DNA of 64,000 nt from Eledone cirrhosa (taxonomy: Eukaryota): positions 45,756,001-45,820,000 of the forward strand of contig OZ024744.1 in the NCBI GenBank assembly GCA_964016885.1, given 5' to 3'. This document shows, one piece after another, positions 1 through 11,231 of this stretch. The notes beneath the pieces are model-generated. The model did no database searches, was not told where the DNA came from, and saw only the letters and a program-made list of their open reading frames with translations. A program made the translations under genes and the position numbers. The first letter of the stretch is position 1; every line of letters starts with the position of its first letter.

Positions 1-1689
1 TTAGCCCTCAAAGCGAAGATCAGAGGTTTGTGGTCAGTGAAAACCGTAAAATTTCTTCCCTCAAGAATATGAGAAAAATGTTTCACCGACATATATATGA
101 CTAATAACTCCCGGCCAAACGTGCTGAAACGGGTTTCTGCCGGTTTCAGCTTCCTGGAGAAAAATGCCAAAGGTTGTTGGTGTTCAGCGTTATACTGTTG
201 TAAAACTGCTCCCACGGCGGTATCAGCTACATCGACACAAAGCGAAAGCTTGGCATCGGGCACTATACTGGGTGGGCTCGCAAAGATGAATTAGCAATTG
301 CTGTCTTGACAGTATGGAAATCTTCGATTTGTACTTGTGTCAAGGAAATATCCTCATTCTTCTTACGACGATCTTTCAAAATCTCGGTAAGGGAAAACAG
401 TAATTTTGCACATTGAGGAACGAAACGTCTATAAAAATTGATTAGGCCTAGGAAGTGACGCAACTGACAAAGTGAAGTAGGCGGAGGTAAATCCTGTATA
501 GCCTTAACTCGCTGTGGAAGGGGTCGAATACCCTCGGCGTCGATGATGTCGCCTAAAACATTCAGTGAAGTGGATCCGAAAACACACTTTGCAGGATTCA
601 CTCGAACGCGGTAATCCTGGAGTCGGCAAAATAAAAGGTTCAGGTGACGCATATGCTCTTCTGGAGAGGAACTAGCGACGAGAAGATCATCTATATATGC
701 ATAAACGAAGTCCAGACCACAAGTGACCTCGTATATGAACCGCTGAAAAGTGCTAGCGGCATTCCTGACTCCAAAAGGCATGTTTAAAAAATCGAAGGAT
801 CTGAAAGGAGTCGTAATAGCTGTTTTCGGGATGTCTTCCTTCCTGACTGTTATTTGGTGGTAAGCTCACACTAAATCGAGTTTGGAGAAAATCTTACAAC
901 TCTGCAACGAAGATGCAAAATCCTGGAGATGGGGAATCGGATATCTATCCGGGACGGTCATCGCGTTTAATCTCCCTTAATCCACAGTGGGTCTCCAGTC
1001 GCCAGACGTCTTGGACACCATATGTAACGGGGAAGCCCAAGGACTCGTAGATGGGTGAATAATGCCCAGCTGCAGCATATGGTTGAACTCGGACCGTGCT
1101 GCCTTTAACTTGTCCGCCGGTAAACGACGTGGACGTGAAAATACTGGAGCACTGGTTGTGGAAATAAAATGTTCGGTTGAGTGAGTTGGCTCGGTAACTC
1201 GAACATTTCCATTGATGAGATCCGGGAACGATTCTAACAACGAATAGTAGGCGTTTCCAGCGGCAGCGATGAAGAAGGTTGGGTTAACCGTTGAAGCACC
1301 GGCTCTTCGGCCATGAATTGAGAAACCGGTAATGTCATCCACTAGACATTGGCCTCGGACATCCACAGTCAAGGAGCAATTGTGGAGGAAATCCGCTCCT
1401 AAGATTGGGTATGGCAAGTCAGCGACCGTAAAAATCCATTTAAAATCCATTTGAGGAGAAGCGAGATTTGTCCGTACGTCTTTATAGGCGAGTGGTTAAC
1501 GGCCTGCAGAGTAACGGATGACTCCACAGGGGTATCCTTTAGGCAATGGACCGGCCAAATACTACAGGAGGCTCCTGTATCCACGAGGAAGGCTCTTCCA
1601 GTCAGGAGGTCCTTGATTAAGAAGTGGCGGTTTGGGTGCTTTACGATGAGGTCGACTGCCGCCCTCAGCGAAACTCTCTGTCGTTTCCC
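1..1689 (-). pseudogene. pol: Gypsy pol (protease, RT, RNase H), frameshifted
   Basis: FLVDTGAS protease; PWASPLHMV, MPFGVRNA and YIDDLLV RT motifs; RNase H motifs TAVGAVLQQ, LAFFSRKL and FTDHKPL near the window start. Confidence 0.92.
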
Positions 1690-2489
1690 GACTTCACAAA
1701 AGAACAAGGCTGTACACAGTGGTTCGCGTTCTCAGAAAAACGCTCGTGGTACCAGCATAAAGATGAAGCTGGTGACCTGGGGCGGTGTCTGAAAGAGGTA
1801 GATCTACCGCGGCTGCGTGAGCGTGAACGAACATTACCAGAGGCCTACAACTTCTGTAGCTCCAGAGTGAGTTCTTGAGTAGCTTTTTGCATAGCCATCA
1901 TAGCTGCGCTGTCTGCATGAGATGCCGCGCAGGTGGTATGGCCAGGTGTGGCCTGAGAAACAGTAGCAAGGGCCTAGCTGCCTCCAGCACCCGTGACCTC
2001 AAAAACCTTGTCCGCAGAGAGGGCCAGTTGGTCCACAGAACATGTATCCCTAATGGGGGCCAAAATTGCTTGAACGTTGGTCGGTAGCCGCGAGAGAAAC
2101 AACTCCTTCAACATCGCGGTTTCCGCTACCGACCCCTCTGTTAGGTCTTTCATCGGACGTAAGAGGTCCGATGGAGTGCCATCCCCGATATGCTCTAAAT
2201 GGACCAGAGCTCTAAAGCGTTTCTCGGCGTACTGTGCAGTCCGGCTGAGTATTTCCGCCTTCAACGACTTATAAGTAGTGTCAGTCAGTGTCTCCAATAC
2301 GAGATCCTTAATAGTTGGGAGAAGTGCCGGAGGAATGGCACTAAGGACGAGGGGACGTTTCTGTGCCTCAGCGATGTTGTTAGCCTCGAAAAATGCTTCC
2401 ATTTGAGCGAACCATAATTTCACGTCACCCGTATAAGTAGGGAGAATAGATTGAACTCCCATTGGTGCAATCTCAGTAAGCGGCAACAT
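1665..2489 (-). pseudogene. gag: Gypsy gag with two in-frame TAG stops
   Basis: LWFAQMEAFF, PSDLLRPMKDL, KELFLSRLP, LALSADKV, an RSRSRS tract, then LCWYHERFSENANHCVQPC; all one frame ending at TGA 1665-1667. Confidence 0.85.
1683..1689 (-). promoter_or_regulatory. -1 programmed ribosomal frameshift slippery heptamer G_GGA_AAC
   Basis: Gag frame reads TCG GGA AAC and pol frame reads GGG AAA CGA (-1); TGAGG...CCTCA hairpin downstream. Confidence 0.75.
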
Positions 2490-3054
2490 GCGTCTCCGTA
2501 AAGAAAAATACTTCGAACCCAAGGGAAAGAGAAAATAAACCCACTTGTATTTGTTTTTGTTTTTTGTCTTTTCTTCAAACAACCGGACAGGAAAAAGAAT
2601 GTATCCGAAATATTGTGTAAGTGAGCAACTAAGCAAATAATGGCATTATCAATACATCTACAGAGAACTTAAAGAAAAATCCAACATGGCGCACGGTTTC
2701 GCGACAAAAAAACTTTTGAAGAAGAAAGCCGCCATCTTGACAACTTCAAAAATTTCACCAAAGAAAAAAAAAAATACGTCAAACACTTGTTTTTTTCTTG
2801 TTTTTTTTTAGTAGTATATTTTCCATATACCAACGTCTGGGACACCACTTTAACGAGCGTAAAAGTTCGTCGATTTTTATTTAGTGGTAAAAATTTAGTG
2901 TGGTAAAAATGAAAAGTGGGAGAAGGCAAAATTACTTCTTAACTCCTGGAAGGCTAGCTTTGTAAGAGAGGAAGTACTTTCATGTTCTCAATTTATAGTC
3001 TCCATGGGACGTAACTCTCATTAACTCTCCTTCTCGCCCCAAGGGGTCACTACA

Positions 3055-4195
3055 ACAGTATGCCACAGCACACTACAATATACCACACCACAATATACCA
3101 CACCACAGTATACCACACCACACTATAATATACCACACCACACTACAATATACCACACCACACCACACTACAGTATACCACACGACACTGCAATATCAAT
3201 ACCACACCACACTACCACACCACATCACACGCCACCATTCCACACCACACCATACTACAGTATACCACACCACGCTACATTATACCACACTACACTACAA
3301 TACACCAAACCATACTACAGTATACCACACCACACTACAATGTACCACTCCACACTAATGATATCACATGACACTACACTATATCACACCGCATACAATA
3401 TAACACACCACACTGCACCACTCCACACTACAAAATACCACACCACACTACAATACAATATACCACACAGCATTATACCTTACTACACTACAATATACCA
3501 CACCACACTACAATATACCACACCACACTACAAAATACCACACCGTACTACAATATACCACACCAGACAACATTATACCTTACTACACTACAATATAGCA
3601 CACCACACTACAATATACCACACCGTACTACAATATACCACACCACATTATACCTTACTACACTACAATATACCACCCCACACTACAATATACCACACCA
3701 CATCACACTCCACTATTCCACACCACACCATACTACAGTATACCACACCACGCTACATTATACCACACTACACTACAATACACCACACCATACTACAGTA
3801 TACCACACCACACCACACTACAATGTACCACCCCACACTAATGATATCACCTCATACAATATACCACACCACATTACAAAATACCACACCACACTACAAT
3901 ACAATATACCGCATACACTACAGCATACCACAACACACTACAGTATACGTAACCACTCAACACTATACAACACTACACTACAATATACCACACCGTACTA
4001 CAATATACCACACCACACAACATTATACCTTACTACACTACAATATACCACACCACACAACATTATACCTTACTACAATATACCACACCGTACTACAACA
4101 TACCACACCGCACTACAAAATACCACACTACAGTACACTTCAATAAACAACACTACACTACAATATACCACATTCCACTACAATATACCACACCG
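3055..4195. repeat. Degenerate minisatellite of 5-mer modules (CACAC/TACAA/TATAC), ~20-bp higher-order unit CACACTACAATATACCACAC
   Basis: Directly visible tandem array. Confidence 0.9.
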
Positions 4196-4330
4196 CGCTT
4201 TTCCAGCGGGTCTCCCTTGCCGTCGTCCGGGAAAACGCCTTCTCCATTCTGTCCACCGGGGCTGTGGGGAGGCCACTGATATGATTAACTGACTTGTTAT
4301 TTTATCAGTCAGACACACATATATACTGAA

Positions 4331-5101
4331 CTAGCAGTGGTACCCGGCGTTGCACGGGATAAGGTATTTTGTAACGCGGGCCACCAACAGACCTAATCGT
4401 GGAAAAACTGCATGCCTAGGCAATATGTAAAGAAAATAAACCGAATACTCTGATGGCTGGATAATCTTTAATATTTTACTCGATGAAGCAGGAAAAATGC
4501 AGGTTTTCACCTAATGCGGGCCCTAGGGGATCAAGAAAACGAATTTTTTTTATGTGCATAATATGCCTTGAAATTTCGGGAAAATCGGCTAGACGTAACG
4601 CCTTAAAAAAGCCCTAAAAAGCTGAAATAATGAAGTGTTTCACCTAATACGTGAAATACGTGAAAAAATGAAGCTTTTCACGTAGGCCATAAATAAGTTG
4701 GATGTTTTATGTGCATAACACTCCCTGAAACACAAGTAATACAGATGTAAAGTTTGAAAAAAGTCGGTCGGGTATTTCTCTAGTTTTAGGGATTCAAACT
4801 CACAGACACACACACACACACAGACATCCTCGGGGAAGTGACGTAATGCAGACAGCCGTAATGCAGATATTATCAAGGCACGACGTTATATGTATGTATC
4901 TATCTAAAAAGAGAAAGACTAAGAATTATCGCGAGAGATCGCTAAATCGCCTAATGCGGTCCCTAGGGCATTGAAAATTACAAATTTACTTTTGCTCAGA
5001 ACACTCTCTGAAACATAAGTATTACATGTGTAAAGTTTGAAAACAGTGGGTTGGGTGTTTCTCGAGTTTCACAGACATCCTCAGTTTTTTATATATATAT
5101 A
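4331..5101 (-). mobile_element. Non-autonomous Helitron
   Basis: Minus-strand 3' end CCCGTGCAACGCCGGG hairpin followed by CTAG|T; 5' end (TA)nAAAAACTGAGGATGTCTG similar to the element at 14984. Confidence 0.8.
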
Positions 5102-5479
5102 ATTAAAAAAAAAAGTTACTAATTGTTTAGGAAAAAAAAACAAAAAATAAACACTGAACGAAAAAGCAGTGGATACGGCTGCTATTTCTAGCAAGTGGAC
5201 CATCTCTTTAACTAGACTGAGACACATTTCAATATTAAAACATAACACCCAGACACCTGAAACGAAGTTGGTTGTTGTTGAAAATAAACAGGACAGAATA
5301 GTTAATTGAGATAGATATAAAATTTACTTTACTTCAGTTAGAGAAGGAAAAAGGAATATGATTACTACTAATCATAAAAGTACAAAGTTGTATGTAAACA
5401 TTCGTAAATGAATACCGTGTTTTCGAATAGAAGGTGGCAGGCTATGGTCTGTCATTTCTATCACCATAGAAGTTAAACA

Positions 5480-5875
5480 CCAAGTGACCAGGGAAGGTGT
5501 CGTCTCTTTTGTAACAGAAAATTCTCTCTCTGTCCTCGTTCCATGACAGCCAATTTATCGAAAGCTGGTTATTTTTTGCTCAAAGGTCGATGACATCCCG
5601 CTCTTTCAAAGGAGCGCATATACTGGAGAACAGTCATTCGGGGCCTGCTCAAGTTATATGGTCACGTCAGGTTTGCCTGTCTTGCTGAGGACCTCACTGA
5701 CGAGTTTGTGACTGGAGGAGGTTGAGGAGAGATAGGCCAGCAGTGCCAAATCCGAAGCGGATCGAAGGCCGAGGCCACCGAACCTCACTCAAAGCTTCAC
5801 CTCTTCCCAGTCGGCGATGTCGAAACTAACATTGCAGATGAGTTTTGCACAACGTCGGATGGTGGCTTGTAAGCA
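5480..5875 (-). pseudogene. Fragment of a CRE-like/RLE non-LTR retrotransposon RT thumb
   Basis: Minus strand reads WEEVKL*VRFGGLGLRSASDLALLAYLSS, a typical GGLGLR thumb motif. Confidence 0.55.
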
Positions 5876-6219
5876 TTTGCAATTATGTCGTGCCTATCTT
5901 TGGGTCTTTGACCTTTTTATGGGGCCTCCATAATTTCATTTCATTTAGGACTGCAAGTGAATGTTATAAATATACAGCGCTACCTACTTCTTGTGCATTG
6001 AGTACTCCTTTATTATTTAGAGAATCTTTTAAAAACGAATACTCTTCGACCCTTAGCTTAGTTTCGTACTGTTTAAATTACAATAATCGTTGAAACTCAA
6101 TTTTGGAATACATATCAACTAAATATATTTGGAACAATTATTTACATCTTACAATTTCATTCCAAATGATTTAACAGAACTACATAGTTCAGCATAACTT
6201 GATTTTTTTTACTTCAGTT

Positions 6220-6710
6220 GTTACTTCCCTTAACTCACGTTAACATACAAACATAATTGTTTCTACTTTAGGCACAAGGCCAGCAATTACCCAGTGCATT
6301 ACTGGTACTTTATTTTATCGACCCCGTAAGGATGAAAGGCAAAGTCAACCTCGGCGGGATTTGAACTCAGATCGTAAAGGGACGTAACTATGCTAGAAAG
6401 CATGACGTCCGACACTCTACCGATACTGCCAATTCACCGCCCTCACATACAAACATAATGCCCTCCAACGTGTGTTTTGTTCTTCCTCGACAATACCCAG
6501 TTGGAACTCCTCTGGGCTGTTTTTATGACTTTGGTCCTGTTATTCCCAGATCCTGAAAGTTGTTTCATGATATTGTAGGTAGATTTACCTACAAAACCTC
6601 TGGTTCCAAATTCTATGGTGATAACTTTAAGCCATAAATTGACTTCCAGCTGGCTGTTGGCCAAACTTATTTTTGGTGTTAAACACGTGCTTCTTCTAGT
6701 CTGCTGATTA
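6220..6710 (-). repeat. Inverted duplicate of the 3' end of the Hero-like element (partner ~7855-8150), interrupted by the SINE
   Basis: ITIEFGTRGFVGKSTYNIMKQLSG versus ITIEVGTRGFVAKSTYNIMKQLSG; homology continues beyond the SINE. Confidence 0.85.
6258..6442 (-). mobile_element. tRNA-derived SINE (octopod-type)
   Basis: A box TGGCAGTATCGG, B box GAGTTCAAATCC, core GACTTTGCCTTTCATCCTTACGGGGTCGATAAAATAAAGTACC; 15-bp TSD ACATACAAACATAAT at 6243-6257 and 6445-6459. Confidence 0.9.
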
Positions 6711-6829
6711 AAAACAACTCTAGTTATATATACACCTAGTTTATCTTAAATCTTGTAAAATAACATTGTTCTGTATAAATCTATATTATATAATTATTTA
6801 CATTTCCAAATAATTGGAAATGTAAATAA

Positions 6830-8130
6830 TAATGACTCTCTGAAAGACACGGACAGAGGAACCGGAACGAAGCTAATGTTGGAAAAGGGTCTGCAGGTCA
6901 TAGACCAATGTGACCTCTCTAGCAAACACATGCCTGCAGTTTACGTTGACCCCAAAGCTTCTCAAATATCTGCTGACGGTCAAAATCAACAAAGGTACAA
7001 GCGGCTTGGTGTCCCACTGATGTTGCATTCCACTGTCGCCAGGTCAATTTGATGCTCCATCTCAAAGCCATCGTCGAGGAGTACAAAGTCGGAAAAGCCA
7101 GGCTCTTGACCAAGCTTGATGACTCGCAAGACAATGTTGTGAGGGCGATTTGGCGAAAGCTGATGGCAGGCAGTAAGTGGAAAGATCTGAGACGGTAGAT
7201 GCAGAGAAAATATGGGACATACTCAGGTTCATGGGCAGAGTGGTAAGAGGCTAGGGAAAAGATGAAGAGAGATCTGATTTTAAAGGTGAAAAAAGAAGAG
7301 GATGCCAGAATACTCCCGAAGACAGTACAGTAGAATCGACAGGTCCAATGGATGACGTGGGAATGTGCAATCCAGAGTATCTCGGAATGACGTGTGACAT
7401 ATGGCACCTCTTGTGTTTAATTTACTCCTTAGATCCTTTATGGTATCTGCCCTCGAATATGGGCCTAGTGAATTGGGGAAAATCAAATAAGCTTCAGTGC
7501 CCATTCTGCCAGGGTAGACAGACAGTGGAACACATTCGGACCTAATACAGAGTAACACTAGCCCAAGGAAGATACACATAGAAACACAATCTTAAGGTGT
7601 TCGTACATGAGGTAAGTATAGCTAATGTAAAATCAGCAGTACAGAATCTCCAACAACCTTCTACACGAGAGGGAGCAGCAAATCATGGCCAGGAGTAGCT
7701 CTATCATACAGGGCACGGGAATAGAGTCTTCTGGGTGGTACAGAGGACTTGGTGTGTACAGCACACATTACCAGAAAGAATGGCTTGAAGCCGGATATCA
7801 TACTCCATTCCAGTTCACCAAAACAGGTGATTTTGATTCAACTCACCTTGCCATCAGTAGACGAGAAGAAGCGAACGTTTAAAGATTTAACACTGAAAAT
7901 CCGTTTGGCCAACAGCCAGGGGGAAGTCAATTTCTGGCTCAAAGTTATCACCATAGAAGTTGGAACCAGAGGTTTTGTGGCTAAATCTACCTACAATATC
8001 ATGAAACAACTTTCAGGATCTGGGAATAACAGGACCAAAGTCATGAAACCAGCGGAGAGGAGTTCCAGCTGGATATTGTCGAGGAAAGAACAAAACAAAT
8101 GTTGGAGGGCATTATGTTTGTGTATGTTAA
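6830..8130 (+). mobile_element. Degenerate Hero-like RLE non-LTR retrotransposon, 3' part
   Basis: IVEEYKVGKARL; CPFC..EHI zinc knuckle; GRYT*KHN; KPDIIL...LIQLTLP...IEVGTRGF PD-(D/E)xK endonuclease. Confidence 0.7.
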
Positions 8131-8149
8131 CGTGTGTTAAGGGAAGTAA

Positions 8150-8340
8150 TATCCATGAGATCTGTTGCTTCTGACAGGAACCTCTGGAAGGCGTTTATTG
8201 AAGACTCTGTCTCCATGACCTTCACAAGAATAACTGGACGAAGAAGAAGAAGAAGAAGAAGAAGAAGAAGAAGAAGAAGAAGAAGAAGAAGAAGAAGAAG
8301 AAGAAGAAGAAGAAGAAGAAGAAGAAGAAGAAGAAGAAGA
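8150..8340 (+). mobile_element. RTE-like LINE 3' tail ending in (GAA)n (8240-8340)
   Basis: DRNLWKAFI C-terminal motif followed by a trinucleotide tail. Confidence 0.5.
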
Positions 8341-8879
8341 CATATCTATCTATATACCTACCTATCTATCTATCTAGCTCAAAACTTTCTGCAGCGTCTA
8401 TCTTATGACGTCCCACACGCTACTCCTACTGTCACTGTTGTTTCTACTCTTATTGCTACCACAGCTATCTCCCACCAACACCACCAAAGTGAGATGTGTA
8501 TGAGTGAGTGAGGCTGTATGTTTACTTAGGGGAGAGAATTACATGATTGACTGTATATTATGACACTGACACTCATACGCACACTCACACAAACCTACAC
8601 ATACACACACAAGTAATGGTCGTCTGCTGGAATGATATAGGAATAGAACAAATACAGAAAGACACTATTAGGTCGTCAGTTTGATACTCGGCGAAAGTTT
8701 GCTAAGAGTGAACGTAACATTCGAAATCGCTAATTTCATGATCTGGATGTTCCGTTGTTTCAACAATTGGACCACTCTATTCTTTCTTCTCAAAACCTTT
8801 TATATTTCATCTTACTCTTCTTTGTCATCCATATTTTTTCGCCCTGAAAGCAAATGACACAAATTTAATTAACAACAGT

Positions 8880-9320
8880 GTCTCTTCAGAAAATTACGTT
8901 ATCAATATTAATACAGCACATAATAATGATAACCATTTCAATGCAACTACTAACTTAAACAATAATAATATTAATGATGTAAGGAAAATTTCAAATAGCT
9001 CAGAAAGAAAGCGCCGAAAGAGAAAGGAAATTTGACAGGAAAAAAAAGAAGAGATGAAATAAGAGAGGAAAATAGATTGGCACATCAAGTATTAAGAGGA
9101 AATTTGGCAGAAGAAAGAAGAGATGAATTAAGAGAGGAAAATAGAATTTCTCACAATAAAGCATTACATTCTCAGACTACGGAGGTACAAGAAATTGTAA
9201 CTCAAGTAAAAAGATCAAGGTATGCTGAACTACGTAGTTCTGTTAAATCGTTTACAAATGTAGCATTTGAATATGATTCAAGTAAAAATTATGATAATCT
9301 ATCAAATTTAGGAATAATGT
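8880..9320 (+). pseudogene. Fragment resembling the N-terminus of a canonical Helitron RepHel ORF
   Basis: R/E-rich repeats (RRDEIREENR, RRDELREENR) followed by AFEYDSSKNYD...LGIM; truncated by the adjacent Penelope element. Confidence 0.5.
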
Positions 9321-9321
9321 A

Positions 9322-11146
9322 GTCCCATCTACCCAAAACCACAGATACGAATTCACTTCAACGTCGTTTTGATGTGGTAAGCCACCAACATTACACATGA
9401 TTTAGGAATAAAGGCAGTTAAATACTGGGTGGAAAAACATAGAGAGGTGATTCCCACCAGATTCACAGCGCCATTTATACTAGACGCAGTCAAACTTATT
9501 CTGGAAAACAAGACTTTCTTCTTCAATGGAAATAATTACATCCACATTAGAGGCACAGAGATGGGAACGAAGTTTGCTCCCGTTTACGCGAACTCTGTAA
9601 TGGGATACTTAGAACAACAACTCTACCAAGAAATAGAGGAAAAATATAGCACTGACTTTAGAAAGTACATTGAAAAATCTTGGAAGAGATACTTTGACGA
9701 CTGTTTCATCATCTGGACAGAATCTCTAGATACTCTGGATGAGATCAATATCCTCCTGAATAACCTACACCCATCTCTCCAATTCACAAAAGAGATGAGT
9801 AGTACCAATTTACCATTCCTAGATATAATGGTAATCAAAAACGACACCACCATTTCCACGGATATATATTATAAACAACAGACACCCATCAACATGGAAT
9901 TTTAAGTCGTGCCATCCACCTCATACAAAACGCAACATCCCGTACTGCCTAGCCAGAAGAATCTGTACCATTGTAGAAGATACGAATACCAGAAACAAAT
10001 GCCTAACAGAACTGAGAGAATTTTTGCTCAAACAAAAATACCCATCTCTACTTATAGAAAATGGCATGCAACGGGCTATAAAAATACCTATACAACAACT
10101 TAGGACAACCCAAGGAAGAAGAAACCAAGAACTGGTCATACTATTTATAATGACACACAACCCATGTCACCAGAATATCTTCAACACTGCCAAAACAAAC
10201 CTTCCGATCATTGCTCAAAGTAATGAATTAAAAGGCTTAATCACAGACCGATGTTTGACTCTTAGTAAAAGACAGCCAAACAATTTGAAGCAATTACTAA
10301 CAAAAGCAAAGTTTGCCCTTAACAACAAAGTCCAATCATTCACTGTATCTAAATGCAATGATAGTCGATGTGGTACATGTCAATCCATACACACCGGTCA
10401 ATATATGAACACAAAAACTGGAAAAATATTCCCAAATGCAAATATGAACGGCAAAAGCAGAAATCTAATTTACTACATTAAATGCCCGAATTGTGAAGAA
10501 CTATATGTCGGTCAAACTGGAAATGCACTATCGGAACGTGCACGGGTGCACCGACAGCAAATCAGAGACCCAAATGTCCGTCAGATACCCCTGAGTAACC
10601 ATCTAGCAATATTTATAATATTTCCATTCTACAAATTACACAGCCCAAGTGAAATCAAGAGAAAAATCAAAGTAAAGAATGTTATTGATAAATTCCAACC
10701 CAAGCTAAATGAACAATAATAATACTTAGTAAACTAAATAATACTATTTTGATCATTTTTTAAAAATAGCAAAACAATTGATGCTTTGGATAGGGCCAAA
10801 TAGAAGTCGTTAGACATACTCAACCAACCGTGAAACCTAAACTAATGAGCGTCAGTAATCCAGTGAAACTACACACCGATTGGTCGAAATACAGTTTGCA
10901 AAATTTAGCATTCTGTAGCCGCTTTTCACTGTATATAAGGCACAAAATTTACCCATTACAGTTGAAAATTGCAAACTTGACTGTCACCACAGAATATGAA
11001 CCTGAAGATTGCGAAAGCATGAAAGTACTTGTTCAATTAAGACTTAACATTTAATATTCTACCATACTATTTCATTCTAATACCATTATAATTTTAAAGG
11101 ATTGTAAATAAAACGAGTAAATCAGACAAAGTTGGAATTCCTTTTA

Positions 11147-11147
<1 letters not shown>
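9322..11147 (+). mobile_element. Penelope-like element A (5'-truncated, RT + C-terminal GIY-YIG), frameshifted
   Basis: GTEMGTKFAP, WKRYFDDCF, LPFLDI; linker CNDSRCGTC; LIYYIKC..C...YVGQT...ERARVH; hammerhead in the 3' region; ends at (TA)n. Confidence 0.9.
10997..11035 (+). ncRNA. Minimal type I hammerhead ribozyme
   Basis: TGAAC-CTGAAGA-TTGC(GAAA)GCAT-GAA-AGTACT-T-GTTCA; palindromic stem III AGTACT. Confidence 0.8.

Positions 11148-11230
<83 letters not shown>

Positions 11231-11231
<1 letters not shown>

Larger units (their letters stand above)
1..3054 (-). mobile_element. Ty3/Gypsy LTR retrotransposon, CsRn1-like, degenerate; continues past the left edge of the window
   Basis: Gag-PR-RT-RNaseH order on the minus strand; CHCC-type Gag knuckle (CWYH-x9-C-x3-C); GGGAAAC at the gag/pol junction; TGTAGTGACCCC at 3043-3054 is either an LTR start or a decayed tRNA-Trp PBS (TGGTGACCCC). 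Confidence 0.9.

Noticed and set aside
3340-4146. 268-aa His/Thr/Tyr-rich ORF
   Set aside because: Translation of a minisatellite; no coding evidence
6355-6442. A/B boxes as a tRNA gene
   Set aside because: No cloverleaf; followed by a SINE core and tail, with TSD and multiple copies
8700-8760. CTAAGAG..GAA..TTCGAAA hammerhead-like segment
   Set aside because: Core and stem I are too degenerate
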